Assembly: GCA_010093995.1 (NCBI GenBank) | Contig: ML992524.1 | Coordinates: forward strand, 35,606 to 83,020 | Length of the DNA: 47,415 nt | Direction of reading: 5' to 3' | From: Elsinoe ampelina | Taxonomy: Eukaryota | In this document: positions 23,080 to 34,592 of the stretch, in pieces | Position numbering within the stretch: position 1 is the first letter of the stretch | How the letters are laid out: each line of letters starts with the position of its first letter | Position numbers and translations under genes: made by a program | Notes under the pieces: model-generated | What the model saw: only the letters and a program-made list of their open reading frames with translations | The model's database searches: none | What the model was told of the DNA's origin: nothing

Positions 23080-23696
23080 GGCGGGCTGCAATGGGTCGAT
23101 AGAGGGGTGCTAGGGTGATTGCAGGTGTAAAAGTTGAAGCTCTCGCTGGACTTGTTCCTCTCTTCCGAATCCGTCCGGATCGGGAAAACTCGCACGGGCC
23201 AGCCACTTCATCCTCTGCTTTCACTCTGAAGACATTCCTCTTCAATCACCACCGCTTCGACAATCTGCGATGCGAACGAATCAAATTGGTTGTCATCTTC
23301 GGCGGTAGGACTTTTGACCATGGACACGGGATAGCATCGCCCGTGACCAGCGAGTATCACGAATCAATGATGACTACCATAGGCATGATGACACCGATGG
23401 CCAAATTCACGTGTCAGAGGGCAGCAGAGCTCGAGACCTTCTTCCTCGAACAAAAGAGTGAGCTCTGATCAGCGACCAAAGCAAAGGCTATGGGACCCCT
23501 TGGACACTGCATGCTGACGGTCGGCCTTGAATCTCAACGTGTCCGACATGGCGTTTTCAGTACCGGCACATCGGCTCCGATCAGCATCATCCACAGATCA
23601 GCCTGGTCAACCTCATCTCGATACGCCCATACAAGAGGCAAAAGGTAGGCCTCTTCATTTTTTTTGTTCCCATCTCCTCTTCATAGCATCACTACA

Positions 23697-24934
23697 ATGT
23701 CTCCACTGAAAATTGCCATTGTTGGTGCTGGGCCGGCAGGATGCACGCTTGCTCTCATCCTCCACAATGCAGGCATTCAAGTCACCATCTTCGAGGGAGA
23801 AGCTTCACCAGACTTTCGGAACCAAGGTGGCACTCTCGACTTGCACGACGACACTGGCTTGTTAGCCATGAAGCGTGCAGGCGTTTATGATGCTTTCACC
23901 AAGCAATGCCGCTACGACGGCGAAGCCATGGTTGTCTGCAACAAATATCTCCGCCGATACCTCAACATGGGTGGCGCCACCGCCGAAACGTCGCGTGGCC
24001 GGCCTGAGATCGACCGCTCTGCCCTCCGTCAGATCCTTTTCTCCGCCCTTCCCAAAGGCACCGTTCAATGGAACCACCGACTCCGCCGCGTCGACGACTC
24101 CGACCCCGCCAACCTGATCCTCCACTTCGACTCCGCCCCTGCCGCATCAGGCTTCACCCTCCTCGTCGGCGCCGACGGTGCCTGGTCCGAAGTCCGTCCC
24201 CTCCTGACTACCATGCGTCCCTTCTACGCCGGTATGTCCATGGTCCGGTACACAATCCCCAACCTGGCTTCTTCTTATCCCGACCTTAACGCCCTCATCA
24301 ACCGGGGCTCCGTCTTCGCCTTCTCCGACCAAAAGGCTATCACGGCACAACAAATCGGCGACGGATCCGCCTCCGTATCCGCCGTCCGTCTCACACCAGA
24401 AGATTTCATCAAGAACCCCCCCTTCGACCTCGCCGACGGCAAAGCAAGCAAGTCCCACGCCCTCGCCGATTTCGCAGACTGGGATCCCCGTCTGCGCAAG
24501 CTCCTCGAAGTAGCATCGGAAGACGACATCTGGTACGGCAACATCTTCTCCCTCCCGCCGGGGACGAGGTGGGCGCATCGTCCCGGCGTCACGCTGGTGG
24601 GGGATGCGGCGCACGTGCTCGTACCTTGGGCCGGGGAGGGAGTCAACCTCTCGCTGCAGGATAGCGTGAAGCTCGCCGACGCGATCGTCGCTGCGAACAA
24701 AACGGCGGGGGAGAAGGGGACGGTCAAGGCAGAGGTGTTGAGTAGAGAGGTGAGGGGATATGAGGAGGATATGTTCGTTCGAGCGGAGAAGACGAGCAAG
24801 TTGAGTATGTGGCGTTGGCGGTGAGTGATGCTGCGCCTTGGTGGGCAAGTTGGGCGTTGGGGTATTTGGCGAAGTGGTATTTTAATTGGTTCAGGTGGTG
24901 GTATCCTGGGTTGGGAGATGTTCATACCAAGTAG
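23697..24934 (+). CDS. FAD-dependent monooxygenase (class A, TetX/salicylate hydroxylase-like) with apparent frameshift near the C-terminus
   Basis: IAIVGAGPAG, QGGTLDLH, RPEIDR, LVGADGAWS, VTLVGDAAH..PWAGEGVN. The ORF stops at 24824, but a coding-like tail continues in another frame at 24803-24934. Confidence 0.85.
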
Positions 24935-25010
24935 ACGGCTTGAGAGGGTCGAAAGCGACGGGAAACAAACATTTCATGAGTTCATGATCTAGAGGATAGG
25001 GGAGCCTAAT

Positions 25011-27216
25011 TTACTCTATGCGCTTCTTGCCCTCTTCCATATACCCGACTCGTGCATCGCTTCTCCCTCTCCTGTGCTGAGTCACCAGAGATCCCACCAA
25101 AGGATCCTTTGTAGCCTTCTCAAGCGTGGTATAGTATGCCTCTTGCGCCCATTCCGGGGTATTGAGCTTCGGCCAGTTGACCTGCCAAAACGTCAGTGGG
25201 GTGCAGTCAAACAATGCTAACGATGTACTTACGTAGAGTGATCCGTGGGACCACACGAATCGTGCAGCCCACAAGGCCGTGAACAAGCAGGCTAGAGTAA
25301 AGATCCGCAACGGCCAGACCGTAGCGTCGGGCAATCGGGTGGTGAACAGAGAGGTGAAGATGAAGATGGCAGTCCCGGCCAGGATGTACGGGATTGCTTG
25401 CACAAGGACAGGTCTGCTGTCCGTGAAAACGTTGCCGGACCCGATGCTGCTCTGGTCCGGATGGAAGGCGCCAAGAAACAGATCAAAGGCATCCTGCCGA
25501 GGTCCGTCATTAAAGTTGTTGCACACATATCTTGTGATCGAGTTGTTGAGATCTTGCAGTGCGCCAGCTTTGGTCCTGTTGCCGGTCCGAGTGAAATCGG
25601 TCTTGAGTGCTCCTGTACCCGAGTATGATTTGCTGACTACATCCGCATTGTCTGCCCAGATGTTGCGGAAAAGGTGCTCAAATTTACTGTCCTCAGAAGC
25701 TTGCTCGCCCGAACGGAACAAACCCAGGTCTGTCATCATGCGGTTCAAGCTCCAACGCCCAAGCATGGACTGCACCACATTGGTTCGGTCAAGACAGTCC
25801 ATGCAATTGGTACGAACGACTGCTCTCTGCTTGTTGCGGACATCAATTCGCCCATCTGGCATCCCAATACCATGGAAGTAGCCGCCCTTTGTGAGACCAT
25901 CTTTGAGCTGGTCCATGAGCAGTTCAGTGCGGTGCCATCGCAGGCCCTTGGTCTCGTTGTGGAAATCGAAATAAATGTAATGAAGATGGTCGAATTCATG
26001 TCGAGCGTTTTGCGGCTCGATGACATGGAACTTCTCCCTGGTCTTGCGATCCGCCTCGGTGTCTTCAGTCGGATTGGTGACCAGCAAGTTGACCATCTTC
26101 TCGTAAGCATCCTTGACGGGTCTCTCGCGACCCTTTTGGTTGACCAGGTTGACCAGATAGTTCTCACCATACAATCGGATCTGCTCGTCAAAGTGCAACT
26201 TGGCAGCAGAGACGGCACTCTCGACGCCTCTTATCTGGAGATTTGGGGTGTATTTGAGAGTGTTGACTTCTGCCCAAAAGACCGGCACAGAACCTCTTGT
26301 CTGTACGTAAGCCAGGATCTGGGCCTCTCGTCCTGCTGATGAGCCAGCTCGACCGTTCTGTAGACCTCCATCGCCGCCAAAGGTGGTCGGACCAATAGAA
26401 GCCTCGTCGTTCAGGATAATGGTCTGCTCGGTCTCGTTGAAGTTGGATGCATGTCCCTGCTCGTCCAAGCCTCGAGTGAAGTATCGTGTCCCGGTCCGGT
26501 GTCGTGAGCGTCTTGTGATCAGAACAAAGTTGAGAGGGTTGCCTTTGATGGAAGTGTTTGTGATGCGAAGCATACCGAACATGACGGGGAGAATGTATGG
26601 GTCAATCCCCGGCTGCGAGCCTCTGGGGCCGCGCTGCATCGACTCCCCATTCCGAAAGTTGATCAGGTCAGAGCTAATGAAACGATTCCAGAAGAAGCGG
26701 TCATCTGCTCGTTTCCACATGGGAGACGATGGATCACACTCGGACTGTCGCTGGAAGCTGTTGGTGAGATCGAAGGTATAGCTGTAGTACATCGGTCCAG
26801 TTTTGAGGGTTGTCTCGACGAGGGAGACATAACGGTCTTCTTCAGGGTCACGGACTGGACGTTCTCGCAGTGGCAAGAGCTCTGTCGAGACAATGTTGTA
26901 GATGGTGTTCCCACGAATTTTGCCGACTGCTTTCGACTTTGTGATGACCACGACATACTTGTCTGTTGACCATCAGCTTTCACCACTTTCTTCACAGGCT
27001 GACTTGATTACCTAGGCGCAGACTGATGATGCCCAATATGCCTTGAATGCTCGACACTCTTTGACCACCAAGGAGCTTTCCGTCATTCAATCTGATGTCG
27101 CCCGACGGGCGATCTACGACCAGCGTTGGGGCATCGGGTGTCGATGGGGATGAGAAGGAGTAGTAGGAGGAGCTGGCGTGGACGTTGATGTCCCTAAAAG
27201 GCAGAATTGCGCGCAT
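25011..27216 (-). CDS. SAC1: Phosphoinositide phosphatase Sac1
   Basis: DDRFFWN, LITRRSRHRTGTRYFTRG, catalytic RTNCMDCLDRTNVVQ (CX5RT), YSGTGALKTDFTRTG, two C-terminal TM helices. One 5' intron and an in-frame intron at 25182-25232. Confidence 0.96.
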
Positions 27217-27688
27217 GGCTGCGAGAACGTCGCCACAAGGGCTATAATCGCATGCTGTTTCGGCTCAGCTCTGACCGAGATCTCCTGACACTCGCAAAGG
27301 CTGTGGTGATGGTTCTGAAGCTATAATTCGATGCCTGTTGACATTTCTGACATGTGAACAAGTTGTTGAATTGATGGGATGACGTACAGCTCACCAGGCA
27401 ACGCTAGACCCGTTCTGTTGCTAGCGCCAAACCCTGCATAGGCGACCCGAATCGCCCGACTCTCAAAGTCAAAGTCCATGTCGCAAGTCATCACCTTGAT
27501 ACCTCTCTCATTTACCCTCACCTGCTCTTGGACGTCCCGTAGCTCATCTCCTCTCGTTCTAGACACTCTACACGCTCCACATCGATCTTGAGAACTGCCT
27601 GCCACATCCCGAAGAGTGGTATTTACCGCGCGACAAGACAACGCCCGCCTAATCCCGGTCACCTGCCCCCCGGATAACGCATCACACA

Positions 27689-28549
27689 ATGGCTGCCAGG
27701 CCTCAACAAGGTGGTCGCGGCGGCGGCGCGCGATTCGCTCAGTTTAAATTGGTCCTTTTGGGTATGCTGTTATGGTCCGGCCTTGTCCATGTCCTGACTG
27801 ACTTGCCCAGGTGAATCTGCTGTCGGAAAGGTGACGCCTAAGACTTGGTGCCGACTTGTGTCTCGATACTGATGGCTTCGCAGAGTTCGCTTGTATTGAG
27901 ATTCGTCAAGGTATGCTACACGTTCAGATCGTTACCCACCGTATACTAAGATGCGTCAACAGGACCAGTTCGACGACTACCGCGAGTCGACTATTGGTGC
28001 CGCCTTCCTCACTCAGACTATTGCACTGGACGACACAACGACGGTGAAATTCGAAATCTGGGATACAGCTGGACAAGAGAGATACAAGAGCTTGGCTCCC
28101 ATGTACTACAGGAACGCAAACTGTGCTGTAGTAGTATACGACATCACACAAGCTGTAAGGCTTGCTTCTTTTGGCATGCATGTCAAGGATACTGACGGGC
28201 GCAGTCATCGCTGGACAAGGCAAAAGCATGGGTCAAGGAGCTGCAGAGACAAGCAAACGAGAACATTATCATCGCACTCGCAGGGAACAAGCTCGATCTC
28301 GTCACCGAACAGCCAGATAAGCGCGCCATCCCCACAGCAGATGCTGAGGCGTACGCGAAAGAGGCCAACTTGCTCTTCTTCGAGACCAGTGCAAAGACAG
28401 CAGAGAATGTCAAGGAACTGTTCACGGCCATTGCGAAGAAGCTGCCAATTGAGCAGGCAAGCCAGCGAGGGCTGCGAGGAGGACCCAGAGCAGATGTACT
28501 GCGACCAGACGCTTCGGCCGGTCAGGCGAATCAAGGATGTAATTGCTAG
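27689..28549 (+). CDS. Rab5-family GTPase (Ypt52/RabB-like), 5 exons
   Basis: Spliced [71 protein letters not shown]-terminal CNC prenylation motif. Confidence 0.93.
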
Positions 28550-28900
28550 TCGGGGATGCACGCGTGGATGTAATACAGGAGAAGAGAGAGTTTCGATTAT
28601 TGCGAGACTAGACACTGGCCTCGGTCTCTGTCACGGGTTATGCTGGAGTTTTGACGATTTTCCTCAGCGCTCTATACCACCGATCAAGACTTTTCATACT
28701 TGACCTCCTCGCCCAGTCGTCTTGGTGCTCATCTTGTTGTCCTGTTTTGGCACGTGACGTGACCCCGCAATGTCCTCGCCTGTGACATTGACTTTTCTAA
28801 ACTTACGGAGGCGCAATCGCTCCTCTACATCTCTGCTCGAAAATGTCCTGTCCACAACGCCTACGCCTGAGAACTTCACTTGCCTTGTGCTGTCTGCGCA

Positions 28901-30793
28901 ATGTCCCTCTTTGGCGGCGGTGACTCTTCGGCTTCACAAAACTCTACAGGCAGTCCATCGGTGTCGCCGATCCCTTCGCCAGCGTCACCAGATGCGAGCA
29001 CCACAAGAGAGCTCGTCTTGTCAGATGCGCAAATTCCCGATGAACGAACCGATGCTGCAGAGTCTCCATCATCAATCTCAAGCGGTGATGCTCGAGTCAA
29101 CGAGATCACGACCTTGGGGAGCACACAAACAAAATCATCGAGACCAAGGTTTTCAGGTTCTGAGAATCTCTGGAGGTATTATGCCTCGGACGCCATAACC
29201 CTCGCACGGACTCTGGACGACGAGCAAGCCAACAACCTTTCCATTCATCTCTACAACGCTCACGCCTGGAAGCAAGTTCTGCGAAGATCATCTGCGGGCT
29301 CCGTCAAGCAGTCTTTGATTAGAAAGAGCGGCTGGACACAGGAGTGCGAGGATGGCACAAGGCCCTGGCAGCCTCCTACCAGTTGGACAGCATGGCCAAT
29401 AGAGAAGGATCTTGCCCCGACTCCGAGCGAGGCCTTCTGGGGGAGGATCGACACAAGCGCTCGACAAGTCGATGAGGCATTGGTGGAAGAGCTGCGCGCT
29501 ATTGGTTTGCGACAAGTCAAGCAGCAATGGACACACAGGTCCGAAGCAAGACGCCCTTCACGTTCCATGGGTCCAACAAGTCCTGGACGTAGCCGCAGTC
29601 GTAGTCGAACAAGATCCGTCACGCCTGCACTAGGAGATCGTGATGATCAAGACGCAAGCTCGTGGTACAGCGACACTGCATCGGACATCATGGCTCCCGT
29701 GTTGTCTGCTCAAGAGGATGATACCAATTTTCTCCTCAGGCCCATGGCAAACTCTGTACAATCCCAGCTTGTTAAACTTCTCAAAGCACTGCATCATAAT
29801 CGTGCTGGGCACTATGCAGTCGCAAGAGACGAGGACTCGTGGCGGTTCCGTGCAGACTCCCTGCCTCGATCAAGATCCAGCTCCATCGGTCGCCGGAAGC
29901 GAGGACGAAGCACTAGTCCCGAAAAGGCGGACGCGATCTCGGATACGGAGCGTACAGGACGGCCGAGAAAGAGACTGAAGACTGGCGGTGGCTCCAAAAG
30001 ATCTCCCTCGGTAGCATCTTCTGCCAGTAGTGGTAGCGGCTCAGATGGTGAGCATGCACGAGCACCACGGGACTGGAGCGAGGTCTTGGGAATCGCTGCT
30101 TTGTGTGGTTGGGATGCAGAAGCGGTGAACAGAGCTCGCGCGCGGTGTGAGGCACTCTTCAATGAGAGAATGGCGTTCCAGACTCTGGTGGAGGGTCCAG
30201 AAGATGACGAGGAGGTTGGCGAGGAGGGAGAAGAAGATGAGGCTGATAGCTATGATTTGTCGCCTCTGCAGCGAGTCATCTTCGATCCATCCACTGGCTA
30301 CTACTGCCCATACCCTGACTGCGCCCGTCATCAGAAGGTGTTTCCTCCTGCCCAGGGATACCGATTCAGGGAACATCTCCGCCGAGGACACAGCTTGAGC
30401 GATGAGCAGATACGCATTATGCAACAGAACGCGGGTGTGCCGGTGGGCAGAGCATCAGCCTCGGAACGAAACCCTCGCAATTGGACTGCCCCAGATCCGC
30501 TTTGCTGTCCTCACTCAGGATGTGCGTCAGGGTCAAAGATCTACCCGGAACCTCGACGACTTGTAGAGCATCTCAAACGTTACCACAAGTACGATCCTCG
30601 GACTCAATCTCCGCCCCCTTCACGACCACAAAGCTCGGCCGGGGAGCACTCGGACGCAGATACTACTTCGGATGGGATAACAATGGCTGATGACTTCATG
30701 GTTGGTGGGGTGCACAATGACGGCTTTCTAGTGCCGATTGGGTCGAAAGTCAGGACCAGAGAGCGCACGAATAGACCAGGGGAGTCGCCGTGA
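28901..30793 (+). CDS. Rrn9-domain protein (Pol I upstream activating factor subunit-like) with two C-terminal C2H2-type zinc fingers
   Basis: LARTLDDEQANNLSIHLYNAHAWK...WQPPTSWTAWP matches the fungal Rrn9 block as I recall it. Also RDWSEVLGIAALCGW..RARARCEALF, CPYPDC-x17-HLRRGH and CPHSGC-x15-HLKRYH. Confidence 0.72.
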   Translation: MSLFGGGDSSASQNSTGSPSVSPIPSPASPDASTTRELVLSDAQIPDERTDAAESPSSISSGDARVNEITTLGSTQTKSSRPRFSGSENLWRYYASDAITLARTLDDEQANNLSIHLYNAHAWKQVLRRSSAGSVKQSLIRKSGWTQECEDGTRPWQPPTSWTAWPIEKDLAPTPSEAFWGRIDTSARQVDEALVEELRAIGLRQVKQQWTHRSEARRPSRSMGPTSPGRSRSRSRTRSVTPALGDRDDQDASSWYSDTASDIMAPVLSAQEDDTNFLLRPMANSVQSQLVKLLKALHHNRAGHYAVARDEDSWRFRADSLPRSRSSSIGRRKRGRSTSPEKADAISDTERTGRPRKRLKTGGGSKRSPSVASSASSGSGSDGEHARAPRDWSEVLGIAALCGWDAEAVNRARARCEALFNERMAFQTLVEGPEDDEEVGEEGEEDEADSYDLSPLQRVIFDPSTGYYCPYPDCARHQKVFPPAQGYRFREHLRRGHSLSDEQIRIMQQNAGVPVGRASASERNPRNWTAPDPLCCPHSGCASGSKIYPEPRRLVEHLKRYHKYDPRTQSPPPSRPQSSAGEHSDADTTSDGITMADDFMVGGVHNDGFLVPIGSKVRTRERTNRPGESP

Positions 30794-31210
30794 GATGAGA
30801 GTAGGAGACTCCGCTTCCAGCGGCGCACGAGGTAGCGTGCTCATGGTAGAAACTAATTATCCCCAAAGCTCCTGTGGTGTCAAGTCAATACAGGTAGGTG
30901 CAGAGGTCAACGCAGCTGAAGATCTTCGTGACCAAGACATCATCGCATGTCCGTCACAAGTGTCAAGTGACTGTCACATGCGCTGGACATAATTTCACCA
31001 GCAAACTGTGGTGGGTTCGTATCTCTTTTCACATGCCTTTTGCACAATCATTTTTGTTCTCTCGCATCTCATTGTCTGCCTATAAATTTCACCTCTGCCA
31101 CTTCACACACCAACTTTCCTTCATCGCACCTGCACTTTTCCCCTTGACCAACACCATCGACCACGCCAACGTCTCGAACGTCTACCTCAAGTCCAACGAC
31201 ATAGATCAAC

Positions 31211-31797
31211 ATGCCACCAAAGGCGGCTGCCGCGAACGGCGCTGTGAGTTGATCCTACTCACATTGGAAGGGACTGGTTTGCTGACGCATTGTGATTGCA
31301 GACTGGCGCCATCACTCTCTCCGAACATGATCTGAAACTCATCGGCATGGTTTTTCAGTGCATGGTGGAGGAGCCCAAGGTAGGCCACAGCTTCGCTCAT
31401 CACGTTCAATCTTAGCTAACAGTCCTCCAAGATCGACATCAAGAAACTCGCGGGCATGGCGGGCTACACCAACCCTGGCTCTGCATCCAACGCTTGGCGC
31501 ACGCTCAAGACCAAGCTAGGCATCGTCCCCGTACCCAAGACTGACGACAATGGTGTTCCTACCACTCCTGCTTCAAAGGGTCGCAAGCGTACCAAGAAGG
31601 ATGCTGGAGGGGAAGGTGAGCAGGACACCCCTGCCAAGAAACCTCGCGGACGCAAGGCGAAGGAGGTCGCGAAGGAGGAGATCGAAGAGGAGGTCAAGGC
31701 GGAGATCAAGGACGAGTCTGATGATGACGAGGATGCTCCTGGGTCTCCCGACGACATGGATACTGCTGCTGGGGCCAAGGTCAAGGATGAAACCTAA
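31211..31797 (+). CDS. Small Myb-like/H1-like basic protein, paralog A (158 aa)
   Basis: Exons 31211-31243, 31302-31379 and 31432-31797. Domain LSEHDLKLIGMVFQCMVEEPKIDIKKLAGMAGYTNPGSASNAWRTLKTKL, then a K/R-rich and an acidic tail. TATAAA at 31081. Confidence 0.85.
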
Positions 31798-32301
31798 ATC
31801 TCTCGGTACTGATGGACAATGAGGGAGATGGAGTCATTGATGCTTGCGGGTGATTGTGGGCAAGACAGGATGCACTACTGAATCGGTACTACAAAGCTTG
31901 CTTTGGTACTGCCTATGACAGAGACAGGACTCAGCACGAAGGTTGTCTGATTGCTGGCTGGACACATCAGGACATGTGACTCTGACGCAGCGAGCACGGG
32001 TCAGATACTGGAGCTAAGCCAAACACGTTTCCTTGATTCATGTTGTTTGTCGTGAAGCTTCCGTTCAGTTCTACTTGTGAATTCCTCCGGCCATACGTCT
32101 GCTTGTCACCGAGATCGATTACCTGGGCTTTTGTCCAAGACACGATTCATCCACGATTCATCTTGGTTGCCTCGCAGCAAACTTTCGGTGCGACTCCAAT
32201 TATATTTTGATCCGCAGTTCACCTCATACTCCTCATCATCGCCACGACACACGTCTTCAATACACCAGAACAAGTCACGACCGCCACAGCCATCATTCAC
32301 A

Positions 32302-32816
32302 ATGACGCTCACATTCACTGAACGCGAGATGGAGCTGCTCAAGAACGGAATGCTTTGTGCAAATGGCCGCATTGATGTGCGTGATATGCAGAATCGCTCT
32401 TGACTTTCTGTCGCTGACACTACTATAGATCGACATGGAGAAATTCGCAGTCATGTCCGGCCTGCCTCCCGCTTCTGCTAGGGCTTCCTGGAACAAACTT
32501 CTGAGGAAGATCACGGCCAAGAAGGACACCAGTGAGTTCCTCGACTAATTGGAGCTCTCGAGCACTAATCCCGCAAAGGCGACAACAGCGACGAGCAGGG
32601 TACACCCAAGAAAGCTCAGAAGGGAAGAAAGCGGCCGCGAATACGCCAGCCACTCCGAAAAGCGGCAAGAAGGGTGGACGTGGGAAGAAGGCCAAGCGTG
32701 ACGAGGATGCAGAGGATGGTGCTCAGGAGGACGAAAGCCCATCCCCGAAGCGCACCAAGGTCGAGGTAGAGGAGGAGGCCGATGATGCCGTTGTCAAAGG
32801 GGAGCCTGAAGAGTGA
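32302..32816 (+). CDS. Small Myb-like/H1-like basic protein, paralog B (frame problem in last exon)
   Basis: Exons 32302-32376, 32429-32531 and about 32579-32816. Domain FTEREMELLKNGMLCANGRIDIDMEKFAVMSGLPPASARASWNKLLRKI. Tail TPATPKSGKKGGRGKK...VKGEPEE. Confidence 0.8.
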
Positions 32817-33275
32817 GATGGTAGAGGAGATGACCAGGCCGGGACCGACATCGTCTTTGGACACGACATGTCATGCATGGTTTGACTAGGTTGACCTAGA
32901 ATGAGGAAGAAACCTTTGAGCAGCTGCTTCATCCAGAATCAATCATCGACCTTCATATCGAGCAGGAATTGTTGCACCCGCCTCGTTGTGAGTGTTACGA
33001 GGACATGATCACGTGCACGGTTCTATATATATGGTCTTTTCGTCTCCACAAGTTTCTTCACCACAACTCAAACACGTCGACTTCAGCCACCCAGGCATCT
33101 TTCATCCTACATCCTGCTTCGTCACATGCTTGATTCTGGATCATTGCGGCCGGATACCTGTTTATAACAACGGCCGCGCACTACATCTTCTTGCCACTTT
33201 TTTCCACAAGATCATCCAAACCCTGCTACAACTCAAATCACACCTCGATACCCATCCACTATCAACACTCCAAAC

Positions 33276-33993
33276 ATGTCTGCACTTGTACTCTCACCTC
33301 GTGAGCTTGAGATTGTCAGCTTCGCAATGCTGAGTAACAAATCACAAGTCGATGTGAGTTTGCACATGTCATTTCACCTCAGCACATCACTGACCTTCGG
33401 ACCCAGATTGATTGGGTGAAATTCAAAGACCTCGCCGGTCTCACCGAGAGCTCAGCAAAGACCATTTGGTACAAGCTTCACAAGAAGATCCGAGAGAGTG
33501 GCGGCATAGGTATGTATCACAGGTCCCCATGGGTCTTACAGTCTGTCTGACGTGCCATACTATAGCTCCTGCCAAAGCAAAGGGAGGTCAGAAACGCGGT
33601 CGCAAGCCTGCCAACAGTGATCTCAAGACGACAAACACGGCAGCCGACAACAAGCGTGCAATCCAGGACGAGGAAGCGATCAACCCAGCTAAGCCAAAGC
33701 GCGCGAGGAAGAACAACATCGCCGACACTCCCGAACCAAAGGCCGCTCTCGACCAAGTCAAGGACGAGTCTGTCTTCACTGCCGATGACGTGGCTACTAG
33801 CATCGATACAGACATCCATGAGGTGGGTGCAGCAGAATACCAATCCGAGCACGGTGCTGCTGCTACTGGTGGCGATACGGTGTCTTTGCAATCCTTATAT
33901 CGTAACCCTCCTGATTATGAGTATCTGGGCTTTGGCGGCTATGACGCCTCTTCTCCTGCTGCTCATGACAGCATGGGCGGATCCGTGGGGTAG
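33276..33993 (+). CDS. Small Myb-like/H1-like basic protein, paralog C (202 aa)
   Basis: Exons 33276-33353, 33407-33509 and 33566-33993 (609 nt, in frame). Domain LSPRELEIVSFAMLSNKSQVDIDWVKFKDLAGLTESSAKTIWYKLHKKI. AT-hook-like KRGRKP. Confidence 0.85.
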
Positions 33994-34592
33994 GGTGCCA
34001 GTGGAGGAGGTATGAATGGTATGAAGGAAAAGCATGGAGGCGCAACTTGCTGGTTGAGGAGAGACACGGGAGAGATATGCGAATGGTGATCGCGTGTCTA
34101 AAGATTGCGACGGGGCTGTCAGAGCAAGACGGCAAACGATCAGTCTTGGTGGGCTGCTTTCATGGATAGACGGAGCGCCTACACAGACGGGACAAGCCTA
34201 TCCAAAATGGACTCAAGGGGCAAAGTTTGCCACTGACATCTAGCGCGATCGACGCGCTTGAGCATTTTTCATCCGAAGGCAGCGCATACGAATCAAATGA
34301 GTATCGATAAATGCGACTCACCTTGTCTACGTGCCAGTGACGATCATGACCTTCCGTGATATTCTGCAAAGTTCTCAGTCAGGACAAACACATCATGTGA
34401 AAATGCAACCTCACCTGGCAGCCTAGACCTTCGTGTGCAAGCGGTATATATTCTTCTTCACTCGCATTTGATCTCTTCTTCCTTCATCCACATCCTTCGC
34501 TTCACATTCACCCATCACACTCACCGCTCACACCATCAAACCACCCTACCCAGGACTACACACACCATCAACACACCATACAGCCACCCACC

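Noticed and set aside
23368..23468. Box C/D snoRNA candidate (two ATGATGA boxes, terminal CTGA, CAGAGCTC/GAGCTCTG stem)
   Set aside because: No terminal stem and no rRNA-complementary guide I could recognise. An Rfam/snoscan hit would be needed.
23697..24824. Horizontally acquired tetracycline-resistance gene (TetX)
   Set aside because: The motifs are generic to a family widespread in fungi; nothing in the sequence indicates bacterial origin or substrate.
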